A stretch of DNA of 64,000 nt from assembly GCA_050949045.1 (NCBI GenBank), contig JBMNEZ010000001.1, positions 1,088,001-1,152,000 of the forward strand, written 5' to 3'. A program made the position numbers and the translations under genes. This document shows, piece after piece, positions 9,068-19,426 of this stretch; within the stretch, counting starts at the first letter, position 1, and each line of letters starts with the position of its first letter. The notes under the pieces were generated by a model. It saw nothing but the letters and a program-made list of their open reading frames with translations, did no database searches and was not told where the DNA came from. Source of the DNA: Candidatus Izemoplasmatales bacterium. GTDB taxonomy: Bacteria; Bacillota_I; Bacilli_A; Izemoplasmatales; Hujiaoplasmataceae.

Positions 9068-10045
9068 TCAATAAGATACTTCCATCAGATACAGCCCGGC
9101 TGCGGGGGCTATTTTAGTGGTGGACTTGCGTGAATGTTCTTGAATGATCTCACTGATGTCTTTAGCCGATTGTCCGGTGGCGATCTTGACGAGTTCTGCC
9201 ACGATCAGCCTGACCATGTGATGAAGAAAGCCATCTCCGGTGAAGAAAAGCTCAAGATGATCGCCCCGGACTTCATAACGAGCTTCAAAAATGGTCCTGA
9301 CCTTGTCTTCTTTCTTTCCGGAACAGAAACTCGTGAAATCGTGGGTGCCTATTAGTTGTCGCAAGTTTGCCGCAAGCACTTCTAGATTAATATTATAGTA
9401 GTTGGCCTCATATTTTCGCCCCAGCGGATTGATCTCGCCGGTATTGATAACATAACGGTAAGTCTTTTTTTTGGCATCATAGCGGGAATGGAAAAGCGGC
9501 GGCACAAAAGCGGCTTTGAGACAATGAACGTCCGCCGGCAAATGCCGGTTCAAGACGGCAATCCATCTTTGAGGTTCAAAGGTTCTAGCGGTATCAAAAT
9601 GAATGACTTGTCCCAAGGCATGAACACCGGCATCGGTCCGGGACGCCCCTTGGACAGAAGTGTTCTCGCCGTTGATCCGTGAAACAACTTTCTCAATTTC
9701 TGCTTGCACAGAACGATTGCTCTTTTGAATTTGAAAACCGGAAAAATCTGAACCGTCATATGATATTACGAGCGCCAGCCGGCGCTTTTTTGTCTTTTTT
9801 GAAGAAATTACGATCCGGTTAATCAGCGATCCGGAAAAATCGACTTTCAGGTTCTCTTGATATTTGTTATGCCCAAACATCACCGTCGATCCCTGCCAAG
9901 GTTCAAGCAGGACGTCTTGAAAAACATCTGGATTTTTCAAGATGTAGTCCACAATATTCTCTCTTCCTAGAACAAGAAGGTCATCATGTTTCAAGCCAGA
10001 ATCCGGATGGATGGCTCCGCTGAAATCGGAAATATTATATAACAT
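9068..10045 (-). CDS. truA: tRNA pseudouridine(38-40) synthase with N-terminal extension
   Basis: YDGSDFSGFQIQ, GASRTDAGVHA, GTHDFTSF, GFLHHMVR; follows ecfT. Confidence 0.95.
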   Translation of the reverse strand: MLYNISDFSGAIHPDSGLKHDDLLVLGRENIVDYILKNPDVFQDVLLEPWQGSTVMFGHNKYQENLKVDFSGSLINRIVISSKKTKKRRLALVISYDGSDFSGFQIQKSNRSVQAEIEKVVSRINGENTSVQGASRTDAGVHALGQVIHFDTARTFEPQRWIAVLNRHLPADVHCLKAAFVPPLFHSRYDAKKKTYRYVINTGEINPLGRKYEANYYNINLEVLAANLRQLIGTHDFTSFCSGKKEDKVRTIFEARYEVRGDHLELFFTGDGFLHHMVRLIVAELVKIATGQSAKDISEIIQEHSRKSTTKIAPAAGLYLMEVSY

Positions 10046-10046
10046 A

Positions 10047-11009
10047 TCAGATTACCCTGAGCACGATCGACGCCGTCAACGACAAGATGATGAAGAGGCT
10101 GGCAAAGACATCGGTCAACCCAAAAGCGAGTTCATGGATCCGCGTCCGCTTCATGCCCGGCACAAAGCCCCTGGTTTCCATCGCATCGGCCAGATCCTCG
10201 CTCCTTTTGAAGGCTATGATAAACATCGGTACAAGCAGGGAAATGACCTGGCGGATTTTATCTTTCAGTTTTCCTTGTTGGAAATCAGCGCCTCGGCTCG
10301 CTTGTGCTGCCATAATCTTGTTGGCCTCGTCAAGAATCGTCGGGATGTAGCGCAGGCTGATCGAAATGATCAGGGCAAAATCCTCGGATCTGATGCCGAT
10401 GGCTTTGAGCGGCCGCATCAGGCTTTCCAACCCCTGAGTTAAATCAGTGGGTTTTGTCGTCAGGGTCAAAATCGTCGACAAGGTGATGATCACCAATAGC
10501 CGGATGACGACAAAGATGCTCATTTCAACACCGCGCTGATAGACTGAGAAAGTGAAAGTGGTGAAAACATAACCATATGTAAGCAATGAAAAAGCATAGT
10601 AGACACCGACAAGATACGCGATTAGAAGCAGGGCCCTAAAACGTTTAAAACTCGCCAACAACCGCCAGATCACCGTCAAAAGGATGATGCCCCCGATCGA
10701 TGACAAAGACACCGTCATTGTCTCTTCAAGATAGAGAGTTCCTTCACGGTTGAAGAAAATCTGAAAAAAGAATGTGAACATCAGAAGCACGAACAAAGGC
10801 CGCATGCCCCTGGCGATCCGTTTGACCGACAATCGCCCGACAAGCATCAAAACAATGCCGATCGCAAAAGCGATCGCCAGCTGGAGGATTGTCTCCAGCA
10901 AAAAGATGGCGATCATCAAAACGATAACGCCGATGATTTTTGTCCTGGGATCGAGTTTGTAGAAAAAACCTGATCCCGGCAAATACTGGCCGATGACGAT
11001 GTTTTTCAT
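10047..11009 (-). CDS. ecfT: ECF transporter T component
   Basis: IGQYLPG, LDPRTK, SLRYIP, AQASRG, AMETRG. Confidence 0.93.
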   Translation of the reverse strand: MKNIVIGQYLPGSGFFYKLDPRTKIIGVIVLMIAIFLLETILQLAIAFAIGIVLMLVGRLSVKRIARGMRPLFVLLMFTFFFQIFFNREGTLYLEETMTVSLSSIGGIILLTVIWRLLASFKRFRALLLIAYLVGVYYAFSLLTYGYVFTTFTFSVYQRGVEMSIFVVIRLLVIITLSTILTLTTKPTDLTQGLESLMRPLKAIGIRSEDFALIISISLRYIPTILDEANKIMAAQASRGADFQQGKLKDKIRQVISLLVPMFIIAFKRSEDLADAMETRGFVPGMKRTRIHELAFGLTDVFASLFIILSLTASIVLRVI

Positions 11010-11866
11010 CCCGTCACCGCCTTATTGACAGCTTGGACTGCTAAATCCAAATTTTTCTGATAGACATCGATGTCAAGGACGAAGCGCTTCTTGAGGCTTG
11101 TCAGTACTCTGATCGTGCTCGGGTACTTGAGATGATACTTTTCCAAGCCTTCGCGTCTAAAAAGCATATCAGGCGCTTCGTCATAGATCAATTCACCGTC
11201 ATAAAGAACGAGGACTCTGGAAGCGTGCTCGTAGACAAGATCCATGTCATGGGTAATGATGACAATCGATTTGCCGGTTTTTTTCTGAATATCCTTGAAG
11301 AGATCCATCATCTGGGTTTTTCCTTGCGGATCGAGTCCGGATATGGGTTCGTCAAGAACGAGAATATCGGGATCAAATGCCAAGATTCCGGCAATGGCGA
11401 CCCGTTTCTTTTCGCCTCCGGAGAGATTGAAAGGATTGCGGTTTAGATAACTTTCATCAAGGCCTACCAACGCTAGGGTTTCCTTGGCAAGTTGCTTGGC
11501 TTTTTCCAAAGGCGTATGGAAATTAAGCGGTCCGAACATGATATCCTTCTCGACGGTTTCCTCGAACAACTGGTACTCGGGAAACTGGAAAACAAGACCA
11601 ACATGCTTTCTCAAAAGATTGTAGTTGATTTTCTTATCGCGCTTCGCGGTCACTTTCGAGCCGAAAATCTCAACTTCCCCCGCTGTCGGCAACAAGAGCG
11701 CGTTCATGTGCTGCGCGAGTGTCGATTTACCCGATCCTGTCCGCCCGACCACGCAGATGAACTCGTTTTTGGCTTCGATTGATAAAGTGATGTCGGCGAT
11801 CGCTTGATAGAAAGTGAACTGATTCTGAGGATAGCTGAAGCTTACCTTTCGAAAGTGGATTCCCAT
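11006..11866 (-). CDS. ecfA2: ECF transporter ATPase A2
   Basis: GRTGSGKST, FQFPEYQLFEETV, LSGGEKKR. Confidence 0.93.
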   Translation of the reverse strand: MGIHFRKVSFSYPQNQFTFYQAIADITLSIEAKNEFICVVGRTGSGKSTLAQHMNALLLPTAGEVEIFGSKVTAKRDKKINYNLLRKHVGLVFQFPEYQLFEETVEKDIMFGPLNFHTPLEKAKQLAKETLALVGLDESYLNRNPFNLSGGEKKRVAIAGILAFDPDILVLDEPISGLDPQGKTQMMDLFKDIQKKTGKSIVIITHDMDLVYEHASRVLVLYDGELIYDEAPDMLFRREGLEKYHLKYPSTIRVLTSLKKRFVLDIDVYQKNLDLAVQAVNKAVTG

Positions 11867-12642
11867 AGGAACGACTTCACCTCCTCAAATCCGTCATTTT
11901 TGAGTCTGTTGGCCAGTCGCAATGAAAAAGGCAGTTCAAGCATTGAGTTTTCAAAGATGGCAGGTTTTCGCAACAATTCCTCTTTGGGTCCGTCGGAAAA
12001 AATCTCTCCGTTCTTTAAAATCACCAACCGGTCGGCGAGGAGCGCCTCTTCGATTTCATGGGTGATCATGATGACCGTGAGCCCTTCATCATGGAGAGAT
12101 TTGATGTGCCGCATCAAGTCGCCTCGGGCATAGGGGTCGAGCATCGATGTCGCCTCGTCAAAAATCATGATCTCCGTATGCATTGCCAGGATGCCTGCGA
12201 TCGCCACCCGTTGTTTCTGGCCTCCGGAAAGCGAGGCCGGTTCTTTGTCGAGATATTTCTCCATTCCAACCTTCTCAGCGAAATAGCGAATTCTTTCAAG
12301 CATCTCGTCTTTGGGGACGCCGAGGTTTTCCATACCGAAAGCGATGTCATCCCTGACGGTGACACCGACAAACTGGTTATCCGGGTTTTGAAAGACAATA
12401 CCGATTTTTTTACGGATCTCCCCGAGAGTTTCCTGACTAAGGGGAACGCCATCGACCATGATCGAGCCAACACTCGGCTCGAGCAGGCCGACAATCGTTT
12501 TCGCAAGCGTCGACTTTCCTGATCCGTTATGACCCAAAATAGCGATCCATTCGCCTTTTTCAATTTTCAAATTAATGTTCTTCAAGATCTGTCTTTTTCC
12601 CGTGTAAGAGAAAGACAGGTCCTTGATCTCAATATGGCTCAT
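11842..12642 (-). CDS. ecfA1: ECF transporter ATPase A1
   Basis: GHNGSGKST, FQNPDNQFVG, LSGGQKQR, DEATSMLDP. Confidence 0.94.
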   Translation of the reverse strand: MSHIEIKDLSFSYTGKRQILKNINLKIEKGEWIAILGHNGSGKSTLAKTIVGLLEPSVGSIMVDGVPLSQETLGEIRKKIGIVFQNPDNQFVGVTVRDDIAFGMENLGVPKDEMLERIRYFAEKVGMEKYLDKEPASLSGGQKQRVAIAGILAMHTEIMIFDEATSMLDPYARGDLMRHIKSLHDEGLTVIMITHEIEEALLADRLVILKNGEIFSDGPKEELLRKPAIFENSMLELPFSLRLANRLKNDGFEEVKSFLWESTFER

Positions 12643-12664
12643 ATGATCACTCCGTCAATCTCGG

Positions 12665-13384
12665 TCATATCGTGATGAATTGTTCCAAGTCCCTCAGGGT
12701 GATGATACCCAGGATTTTTTCTTGTTTTGCCCCGGTCTCGGTCACGAACAGCATCTCTAGCTTGTTCTTTTCCTTAAAATCGCGGCGAAATCTCCCAAGG
12801 GCAAGAAAGACATCCGCGTCGCGGGAGATGAAATCAAAATAAGGAGCCGGATCGCCGTCAAGGTCGATCGCACTCAAAAATTCTCCAACCTTCATCTCTC
12901 TTGAAACGGTTTTCTCCGGTTCGATGGCAAGATAGTAGTAGAATGTCTTTTCGGTGAAGACGCCGATCAGTTTGTTGTTGTCAATGACGGGAATTTTTGA
13001 AAATCCTGATTTTTCCATCAAATCCATCACTTGACCAACGGTATTTTCAATATTACATTTCTTGATCTTGAACATGGGAATCATCACCTTTTCGACCCGT
13101 TCCGGTCTGGTGATCATTTTGACAATGCTTGTGAACTTGGCGAGATAATCATCGGTTGGTTCGGCAATGTCGTCGTTATGGACGATGATGTTCCTAAGTT
13201 GTGCTCCTTGTTGCAGGACATCGAAATAAGCGGGATTGGCGATGATCGGATTTTCTTTTTTGCCCCGGATGCGAAACAGGGTGGCCATGAAAGTGGATTC
13301 CTTATAATCGCCGCGCTCATATTTGACCCGCAAATATTTTTCCAGATCCCTAAACTGTTTCAAGAAAGCTTGTTTGTTGTTCAT
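12665..13384 (-). CDS. HEPN-like domain + tandem CBS-domain protein
   Basis: Helical N-terminus with LE and RNIIVH (Rx4H); C-terminal CBS pair (FSKIPVID..LIGVFT; ILGIITLRDL); start chosen after AAGGA RBS. Confidence 0.75.
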   Translation of the reverse strand: MNNKQAFLKQFRDLEKYLRVKYERGDYKESTFMATLFRIRGKKENPIIANPAYFDVLQQGAQLRNIIVHNDDIAEPTDDYLAKFTSIVKMITRPERVEKVMIPMFKIKKCNIENTVGQVMDLMEKSGFSKIPVIDNNKLIGVFTEKTFYYYLAIEPEKTVSREMKVGEFLSAIDLDGDPAPYFDFISRDADVFLALGRFRRDFKEKNKLEMLFVTETGAKQEKILGIITLRDLEQFITI

Positions 13385-13412
13385 CGGCACCATTTCCTTT
13401 GCGTTTACTCCA

Positions 13413-13441
13413 AATATACCATCTCTCGGTTTTGTTGGCAA
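13413..13441 (-). promoter_or_regulatory. Sigma-A promoter for the HEPN-CBS/ecf/truA unit
   Basis: TTGCCA-17 nt-TATATT with TG extension on minus strand. Confidence 0.6.
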
Positions 13442-13449
13442 CATCTTCG

Positions 13450-13494
13450 TCGATGAAAAAAGTGCTGAGGACAATCAGCACTTAGTTTCATCGA
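13450..13494 (-). terminator. Intrinsic terminator after rplQ
   Basis: Minus-strand hairpin aagtgctga-ttgtcc-tcagcactt followed by a T run. Confidence 0.75.
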
Positions 13495-13854
13495 TCAAAC
13501 AAATTCAATGATCGCCATCGGGCAAGAATCGCCCAGACGATGACCGATACGGTAGATCCTCGTATAGCCACCGTTACGGTCTTTGTATTTGGGTCCGATT
13601 TCCTTGAACAGTTTAGATAGCGCGGTCTGGTCTTCGCTTGAAAGATCGCGCAGAATCGCCTCGGCTAATCTCAAAGAATGCAAATCGCCTTTTTTTGCAT
13701 AAGTAACCAGTCTCTCAACCGGCTTGCGGAGTTGTTTCGCCTTGATCAACGTCGTTTCAATCTTGCCGTGCAAGATCAATTGTGTCGCCAAATCACGGAT
13801 CAACGCTTTGCGATTGTCACTTCTGCGGTTGAGTTTGCTATATCCTCTTGCCAT
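13495..13854 (-). CDS. rplQ: 50S ribosomal protein L17
   Basis: KIETTLIKAK, RNGGYTRI. Confidence 0.97.
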   Translation of the reverse strand: MARGYSKLNRRSDNRKALIRDLATQLILHGKIETTLIKAKQLRKPVERLVTYAKKGDLHSLRLAEAILRDLSSEDQTALSKLFKEIGPKYKDRNGGYTRIYRIGHRLGDSCPMAIIEFV

Positions 13855-13875
13855 GATTTACCTCCTCATCAATCA

Positions 13876-14826
13876 TCAGTGTTTTGCGAGGCTCAAGTTG
13901 AGCTCCTCAAGTTTAGTCTTGACTTCCTTGAGCGATTTCTTGCCGAGGTTACGGACTTTCATCATGTCCTCCTCGGTCTTCTCGATCAACTCACCAAGCG
14001 TATTGATGCCGGCCCGCTTCAGGCAGTTATAACTTCTGACCGACAAGTCAAGATCCTCGATCGGCTTCTCGAGATTGCGGGTTTGTTCTTCGCTCTTGCG
14101 TTCGATCATGAAATCTTCGCCCATCGCTCTTGTCGAGAGTTCGACTAGGGATTGGAAGTGATCTATCAGCATCTTCGAAGCCATGCCGATGGCATCCTTC
14201 GGGCTGATCGAGCCATCGGTCCAAATCTCGACTATCAGTTTGTCGTAGTCACCGGAATCATCGACGCGGGTCTTATCAACTGTGTAGTTGGCCCTGACAA
14301 CCGGGGTGTAGATGCTGTCGATCGGGATGACGCCGACCCGATTGTCAAAGGAAGCATTCTTGTCAGCGCTCTGATAGCCGTTGCCTTTGGCAGCGGTCAT
14401 GACCATCCGGAAGCGCTTGCCTTTGTTGACGTGGCAAATATAATGATCGGGATTGATTATCTCGACTTCGTCATCGACGATGATGTCTTTGGCAAGGATA
14501 TCTGCCGGACCGTCGACGATGATCTCCATGCGTTTTTGCACACTGGGATTCTCAGAGTCGATCGTCAAGATGACTCCTTTGAGGTTCAATACGATCGTTG
14601 TCACATCTTCGACGACGTTTTCGATCGCAGTGAACTCATGTTGGACGCCTTCGATCTCACAATTGACGATTGCGGCTCCAGGAAGTGATGACAACAAGAC
14701 TCGGCGCAATGAATTCCCGATGGTGATGCCGAAGCCGCGATCAAGCGGGCTGATGACAAAACGTCCGTATTTCTCGTCGATTTCCTCGGTGATCGTTTTC
14801 GGTTTCTCGAATTTCAAGTCTTTCAA
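13876..14826 (-). CDS. rpoA: RNA polymerase alpha subunit
   Basis: GNSLRRVLLSSLPG, LSVRSYNCLKRAG; TTG start. Confidence 0.98.
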   Translation of the reverse strand: MKDLKFEKPKTITEEIDEKYGRFVISPLDRGFGITIGNSLRRVLLSSLPGAAIVNCEIEGVQHEFTAIENVVEDVTTIVLNLKGVILTIDSENPSVQKRMEIIVDGPADILAKDIIVDDEVEIINPDHYICHVNKGKRFRMVMTAAKGNGYQSADKNASFDNRVGVIPIDSIYTPVVRANYTVDKTRVDDSGDYDKLIVEIWTDGSISPKDAIGMASKMLIDHFQSLVELSTRAMGEDFMIERKSEEQTRNLEKPIEDLDLSVRSYNCLKRAGINTLGELIEKTEEDMMKVRNLGKKSLKEVKTKLEELNLSLAKH

Positions 14827-14841
14827 CGTCGTTACCTCCTT

Positions 14842-15228
14842 TTAGCCGCGCGGCCGTTTTGGTGGACGGCACCCGTTGTGGGGAACCGGTGTGACATCTC
14901 TGATGGCTGTGATTTCGAGCCCTGCGACCTGCAGGCTTCTGATCGCCGCTTCGCGTCCCGGGCCGGGGCCCTTGACAGATACTTCAACGCGTTGGACGCC
15001 ATTGTCCATCGCCGCTCTGGCGGCTGCTTCGCTGGCCAATCCGGCCGCGAACGGAGTCGATTTACGCGATCCTTTGTAGCCGATCGCTCCAGATGAGCTC
15101 CAAGCGATCGCGTTGCCAGCGGGATCGGTGATGGTGATGATGGTATTGTTGAAGGTCGAGTGAATGTGCGCTACTCCGGAAGGAATACTTTTCTTCACGC
15201 GACGTTTTTTCGTTACAGTGCGTGCCAT
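14842..15228 (-). CDS. rpsK: 30S ribosomal protein S11
   Basis: [21 protein letters not shown]. Confidence 0.98.
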   Translation of the reverse strand: MARTVTKKRRVKKSIPSGVAHIHSTFNNTIITITDPAGNAIAWSSSGAIGYKGSRKSTPFAAGLASEAAARAAMDNGVQRVEVSVKGPGPGREAAIRSLQVAGLEITAIRDVTPVPHNGCRPPKRPRG

Positions 15229-15246
15229 AATACTTCATATCCTCCT

Positions 15247-15612
15247 TTATTTCTTCTTCTTCGCAACGGTTTTTCTCGGGCCTTTGCGCGTCCTGGCGTT
15301 GTTTCGCGTGTTCTGGCCGCGGACCGGCATACCTTTGCGATGACGAATACCGCGATAGCAGCCGATTTCCATCAAGCGCTTGATGTTCAGTGCAACTTCA
15401 CGTCGCAGATCGCCTTCAACTTTGTATTTCTGGACTTCTTGACGGATCCTGACGATTTCCTCGTCGGTCAAGTCCTTGACTCTTTTATCTTCCGAGATGC
15501 GGGCCGTAGCCAATATTTTCTCGGAAACACTTTTGCCGATGCCATAGATGTAAGTCAAAGAAACAACTACTCTTTTATCTCTAGGAATGTCTACTCCTGC
15601 AATACGTGCCAT
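15247..15612 (-). CDS. rpsM: 30S ribosomal protein S13
   Basis: [26 protein letters not shown]. Confidence 0.98.
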   Translation of the reverse strand: MARIAGVDIPRDKRVVVSLTYIYGIGKSVSEKILATARISEDKRVKDLTDEEIVRIRQEVQKYKVEGDLRREVALNIKRLMEIGCYRGIRHRKGMPVRGQNTRNNARTRKGPRKTVAKKKK

Positions 15613-15621
15613 ATTTACCTC

Positions 15622-15738
15622 CTAGTTTCCTTGACGTTGCTTATGTTTGGGCTTGTCGCAAATGACCATGACATTGCCCTTGCGTTTGATTATTTTGCAT
15701 TTGTCGCAGATTTTTTTTACCGATGGTCTGATTTTCAT
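15622..15738 (-). CDS. rpmJ: 50S ribosomal protein L36 (Zn-ribbon form)
   Basis: Manual translation [38 protein letters not shown]; below ORF-track cutoff. Confidence 0.97.
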   Translation of the reverse strand: MKIRPSVKKICDKCKIIKRKGNVMVICDKPKHKQRQGN

Positions 15739-15761
15739 ACCATAGCCTCCTGATATTTCTC

Positions 15762-15986
15762 TTATTGATGCATGCGATAAGTGATGCGACCACGTGTTAG
15801 GTCATATGTCGATAATTCGACTTTGACTTTGTCGCCTGGTAAAATGCGTATGTAATTCATGCGGATTTTACCAGAAACGTGACCGATGATTCGGTGCCCG
15901 ATATCCAGTTCGATAATGAATTGGGCATTTGGCAGCACTTCGATGACGGTGCCAATCATTTCTATTACATCGTCCTTCTTGGCCAT
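15762..15986 (-). CDS. infA: Translation initiation factor IF-1
   Basis: [28 protein letters not shown]. Confidence 0.97.
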   Translation of the reverse strand: MAKKDDVIEMIGTVIEVLPNAQFIIELDIGHRIIGHVSGKIRMNYIRILPGDKVKVELSTYDLTRGRITYRMHQ

Positions 15987-15990
15987 TGAA

Positions 15991-16761
15991 TCACTCCTTG
16001 TTCTGTTGTGATGCTTGTGTTAGAATTTCGAACCCAGAATCCGTAATCAGGATCGTGTGTTCAAAATGGGCGCTCGGTTTACCATCTCGGGTCACAGTCG
16101 TCCAGCCATCTTCGAGAATCTTGATTTCCTTCGCTCCCAGATTGATCATCGGCTCGATCGCCAACGTCATCCCCTTGCGCAGTGTGATCCCTCTGCCGGG
16201 AAGTCCGTAATTGGGAATCGGGGGCTCTTCATGAAGGCGGGAGCCGATGCCGTGACCGACGAATTCGCGAACGACACTGAAACCCCTACTTTCGGCCTCG
16301 ACTTGAATGGCATGGGAGATGTCGGAGAGACGGTTCCCCGGTTTGGCCATCTCAAGCCCTTTAAATAGACTGGCTTTGCTTCCCTCTAGCAAACGTTGCT
16401 TGCTTTCCGAGATTTCTCCACAGGGATAAGTCCAAGCGGAATCGCCATGATAGCCTTTATAGTTCGCACCGATGTCGATCGAGATGATGTCGCCTTCTTT
16501 AAGAATCTGCTTCGAACTGGGAATGCCGTGGACGACGACCTCGTTCACCGAGATGCAGGTAGCGGCGGGAAAACCTTCATAGTGTTTGAATGAAGGGGTG
16601 GCTCCGTTGGCCAGGATCGCGGCTTCGATGATTTCATCGAGTTCCTTGGTCGAGATTCCCGGGCGAATCGCGGTGCTTGCGACTTGGTGGGCAATGGCGA
16701 CGATCCGGCCGGCTTCTCTCATCAATTCTATCTCCCGGGGGGATTTGATGATAACCATCAT
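15991..16761 (-). CDS. map: Methionine aminopeptidase type I
   Basis: [27 protein letters not shown]. Confidence 0.97.
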   Translation of the reverse strand: MMVIIKSPREIELMREAGRIVAIAHQVASTAIRPGISTKELDEIIEAAILANGATPSFKHYEGFPAATCISVNEVVVHGIPSSKQILKEGDIISIDIGANYKGYHGDSAWTYPCGEISESKQRLLEGSKASLFKGLEMAKPGNRLSDISHAIQVEAESRGFSVVREFVGHGIGSRLHEEPPIPNYGLPGRGITLRKGMTLAIEPMINLGAKEIKILEDGWTTVTRDGKPSAHFEHTILITDSGFEILTQASQQNKE

Positions 16762-17411
16762 TTTCGCTCCAGATAATTAACGATTTGTTTAAGCAATGCG
16801 GTTGGCGACAGTTCTCCGTCAAATGTTTTCAGCAGCCCTTTGTCGCTATAATAGTCAAGAAGCGGCTTGGTTTTTTCGTTGTAAATGGCGACCCGGTTCA
16901 ATATGGATGATTCAAGATCGTCCTCGCGTTGAATCAATTCCCCGCCACAAAAATCGCAAATGCTCGGTTTTTTTGGAGGATAGGAATTAATGTGATAGGT
17001 TGCCTGGCAATTCGAGCAAATCCGTCTGCCCGTCATCCGCCGGATTAGAATCTGATTGCTGATGTCAATGTTGATGACGGCGGTGAGACCGATGCCGAGG
17101 CTATCGAGGACTTTGTCAAGCGCCTCTGCCTGAGCTTTGGTTCTGGGATAACCGTCAAGCATGAATCCATGCGGGTATCTTCTTTCGCGAAGCACTTTCT
17201 CCACGATATCGTTGGTGATATCATCTGGAACCAGGAAACCTTTACGCACATACTCGTTCGCCATAATCCCGATCGGCGTTTCCTTCGCGATTTCTTCGCG
17301 ATAGATGTCTCCCGTCGAGATATGGGCAAGATGGTAGTGTTTCAAAAGTTTTGTGGCCTGCGTGCCTTTTCCGGCTCCGGGCTTTCCTAATATCAATAGA
17401 TTCAGCATCAT
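16758..17411 (-). CDS. adk: Adenylate kinase (Zn-lid type)
   Basis: [18 protein letters not shown], CxxC..CxxC lid. Confidence 0.97.
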   Translation of the reverse strand: MMLNLLILGKPGAGKGTQATKLLKHYHLAHISTGDIYREEIAKETPIGIMANEYVRKGFLVPDDITNDIVEKVLRERRYPHGFMLDGYPRTKAQAEALDKVLDSLGIGLTAVINIDISNQILIRRMTGRRICSNCQATYHINSYPPKKPSICDFCGGELIQREDDLESSILNRVAIYNEKTKPLLDYYSDKGLLKTFDGELSPTALLKQIVNYLERK

Positions 17412-17418
17412 TATTCGT

Positions 17419-18786
17419 TTATCTCATGAAGCCCGCGTAGGTTTTTTCCTGTGTGTCTGTTTCGATTTGTTTGGCAGTTTCAAGAGCAACACCAACGATA
17501 ATGAGCAGCGAAGTACCGCCGATTTGGGCATACGAATGGCCAAGGATCATCGAAGTGATGATCGGCAGGCTGGCAACAACCACAAGGTATAGCGCCCCGA
17601 TGATTGTGACCCTGAAGAGCGTTTTTGTGATATAGGCTTCCGTCTCGGATCCGGGACGGACGCCGGGAATATAAGCATTTTGCTTCTGAAGATTCTCTGC
17701 CATTTGTTCCGGCTTGATCAAAATGAAAGAATAGAAGAATGTGAAAACAAAAATCAAAACGATATAGATGATGAAGCCGATCGGCTGATTATAGGAAAAG
17801 ATCTGTCCAAGCCACCGCTGCGCCCTGATGGCGGAGTTTGAGGTTCCCCATTCGATGTAGCTGAAGATCGTCATTGGCAGCGACATCAGAATCGAAGCAA
17901 AGATGACCGGGATAACGTTTGCCGTATTGAGTTTGAGCGGAATATTCGATTCCGACCTGCCGGTAAATTTGGAACTTGCCGGCCGGTTTGCGTATTGGAT
18001 CGGCACTTTCCTGGTCGCTTCTTGCATATAGATGACTCCAACAAGCACGATAATGAACATCAGGATGCTGACACCAAAGAGGACATAACCAACAAAGCTA
18101 CCCTGCCCTTCATAAACTGCTGGTAAAGCTCCTTTCGGATCGGCAATATAGTACTGGACCAAAGAAGCGATCGTTCCCGGGAAAGAAATGATGATCCCGC
18201 CGACGATCAGCATCGAGGAACCGTTGCCTATGCCTCTCATCGTGATCTGGTCGGAGAGCCAGATCATGAACGCGGTGCCCGCGGTCATGACAACAGCGAT
18301 ATAGAAATAAACCAGAAACCAAAGATTGCGCCCGTCCTTGGTAGCCCAACTCAAGACGCCGAGTTTGAACAAAGAAGTATTAGAGCTGTGAAAAGCGAAA
18401 GTCATCGCTATCGCTTGGACAAAAGCCAAGCCAATGGCCAAATATCTCGTGAGTCTGGCGATCTTGCGCTTGCCGACTTCACCTTCTTCGCCCCATTCCT
18501 TAAGGGCAGGGATGATATCCATCTGCAATAACTGCACGATGATCGAAGCGGTGATGTAGGGGCTGATGCCGAGAGCGATGATCGAGTAATTGCGAAGCGC
18601 GTCTCCGGAAATGGAGTTGACGATCCCGAGGAATCCGCTGTTTTCAAACAACGAAGTGAGCGAAGTGGAATCAATCAACGGCATGGTGACGTAGGTGAAC
18701 AGTTTGAAAATCAAAAAAGCAAACAAAGTAAAACCGATCCGCTTGAGGATGTCTTTGTTCTTAAATATTTTTCTCAGAGTTTCCAT
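17419..18786 (-). CDS. secY: Preprotein translocase SecY
   Basis: LGISPYITASIIVQLL, GIGNGSS, IPGVRPG, GGTSLLI. Confidence 0.97.
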   Translation of the reverse strand: METLRKIFKNKDILKRIGFTLFAFLIFKLFTYVTMPLIDSTSLTSLFENSGFLGIVNSISGDALRNYSIIALGISPYITASIIVQLLQMDIIPALKEWGEEGEVGKRKIARLTRYLAIGLAFVQAIAMTFAFHSSNTSLFKLGVLSWATKDGRNLWFLVYFYIAVVMTAGTAFMIWLSDQITMRGIGNGSSMLIVGGIIISFPGTIASLVQYYIADPKGALPAVYEGQGSFVGYVLFGVSILMFIIVLVGVIYMQEATRKVPIQYANRPASSKFTGRSESNIPLKLNTANVIPVIFASILMSLPMTIFSYIEWGTSNSAIRAQRWLGQIFSYNQPIGFIIYIVLIFVFTFFYSFILIKPEQMAENLQKQNAYIPGVRPGSETEAYITKTLFRVTIIGALYLVVVASLPIITSMILGHSYAQIGGTSLLIIVGVALETAKQIETDTQEKTYAGFMR

Positions 18787-19227
18787 TTATAACACCTCAG
18801 CTTTGCCACCAGCAGCCGTGATCGCTTCGCTTGCGGAAGCAGAGAATTTGTGAGCCTTGACAGTGATGCTGGTCTCAAGTTTGCCGTTGCCGAGCACTTT
18901 GAGTCCGCCTTTCAATTCGCGGATCACCTTGTCTGCGAGCAACAGTTCGGGAGTGACAATGGTTCCTTTTTTGTATCGCTTGAGTTGCTCGAGGTTGACG
19001 ATCGCGAATTCCTTTTTGAAGAAATTTGTGAACCTACGTTTCGGCAAGCGTTTGAATAGCGGAGTTTGTCCACCTTCGAATCCAAGACGGACGCCGCCGC
19101 CGGCACGCGAGTTTTGGCCTTTTGAGCCTCTGCCCGCGGTCTTGCCGGTGCCGCTGCTAGTGCCGCGTCCGACACGCTTTTTATAATGGGTTGCGCCGTC
19201 AACGGGTTTCAAATCATGTAGTTTCAT
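18787..19227 (-). CDS. rplO: 50S ribosomal protein L15
   Basis: [14 protein letters not shown]. Confidence 0.98.
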   Translation of the reverse strand: MKLHDLKPVDGATHYKKRVGRGTSSGTGKTAGRGSKGQNSRAGGGVRLGFEGGQTPLFKRLPKRRFTNFFKKEFAIVNLEQLKRYKKGTIVTPELLLADKVIRELKGGLKVLGNGKLETSITVKAHKFSASASEAITAAGGKAEVL

Positions 19228-19242
19228 CTTGATTTCCTCCTC

Positions 19243-19422
19243 TTAGACTTCTTCAACCCTGACCATGTGGGCGATCGTTTCGACCATGCCCCTGATCGCG
19301 TCGTTGTCGTCTTTGACGACGGATGAGTTGCGTTTTGTGAGGCCGAGCGACTTGGCAGTCCTGACTTGATTGGGTTTTTTTGAAGTCAGTCCCCGGATAA
19401 GCGTGATTTTAATCTTTGCCAT
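19243..19422 (-). CDS. rpmD: 50S ribosomal protein L30
   Basis: [19 protein letters not shown]; position in spc operon. Confidence 0.94.
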   Translation of the reverse strand: MAKIKITLIRGLTSKKPNQVRTAKSLGLTKRNSSVVKDDNDAIRGMVETIAHMVRVEEV

Positions 19423-19426
19423 TATT

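Noticed and set aside
13385..13474. Longer N-terminus of the HEPN-CBS ORF in the ORF track
   Set aside because: Overlaps the rplQ terminator and the gene's own promoter; a later start has the RBS
14827..14841. rpsD absent between rpsK and rpoA
   Set aside because: Normal for Bacilli and Mollicutes
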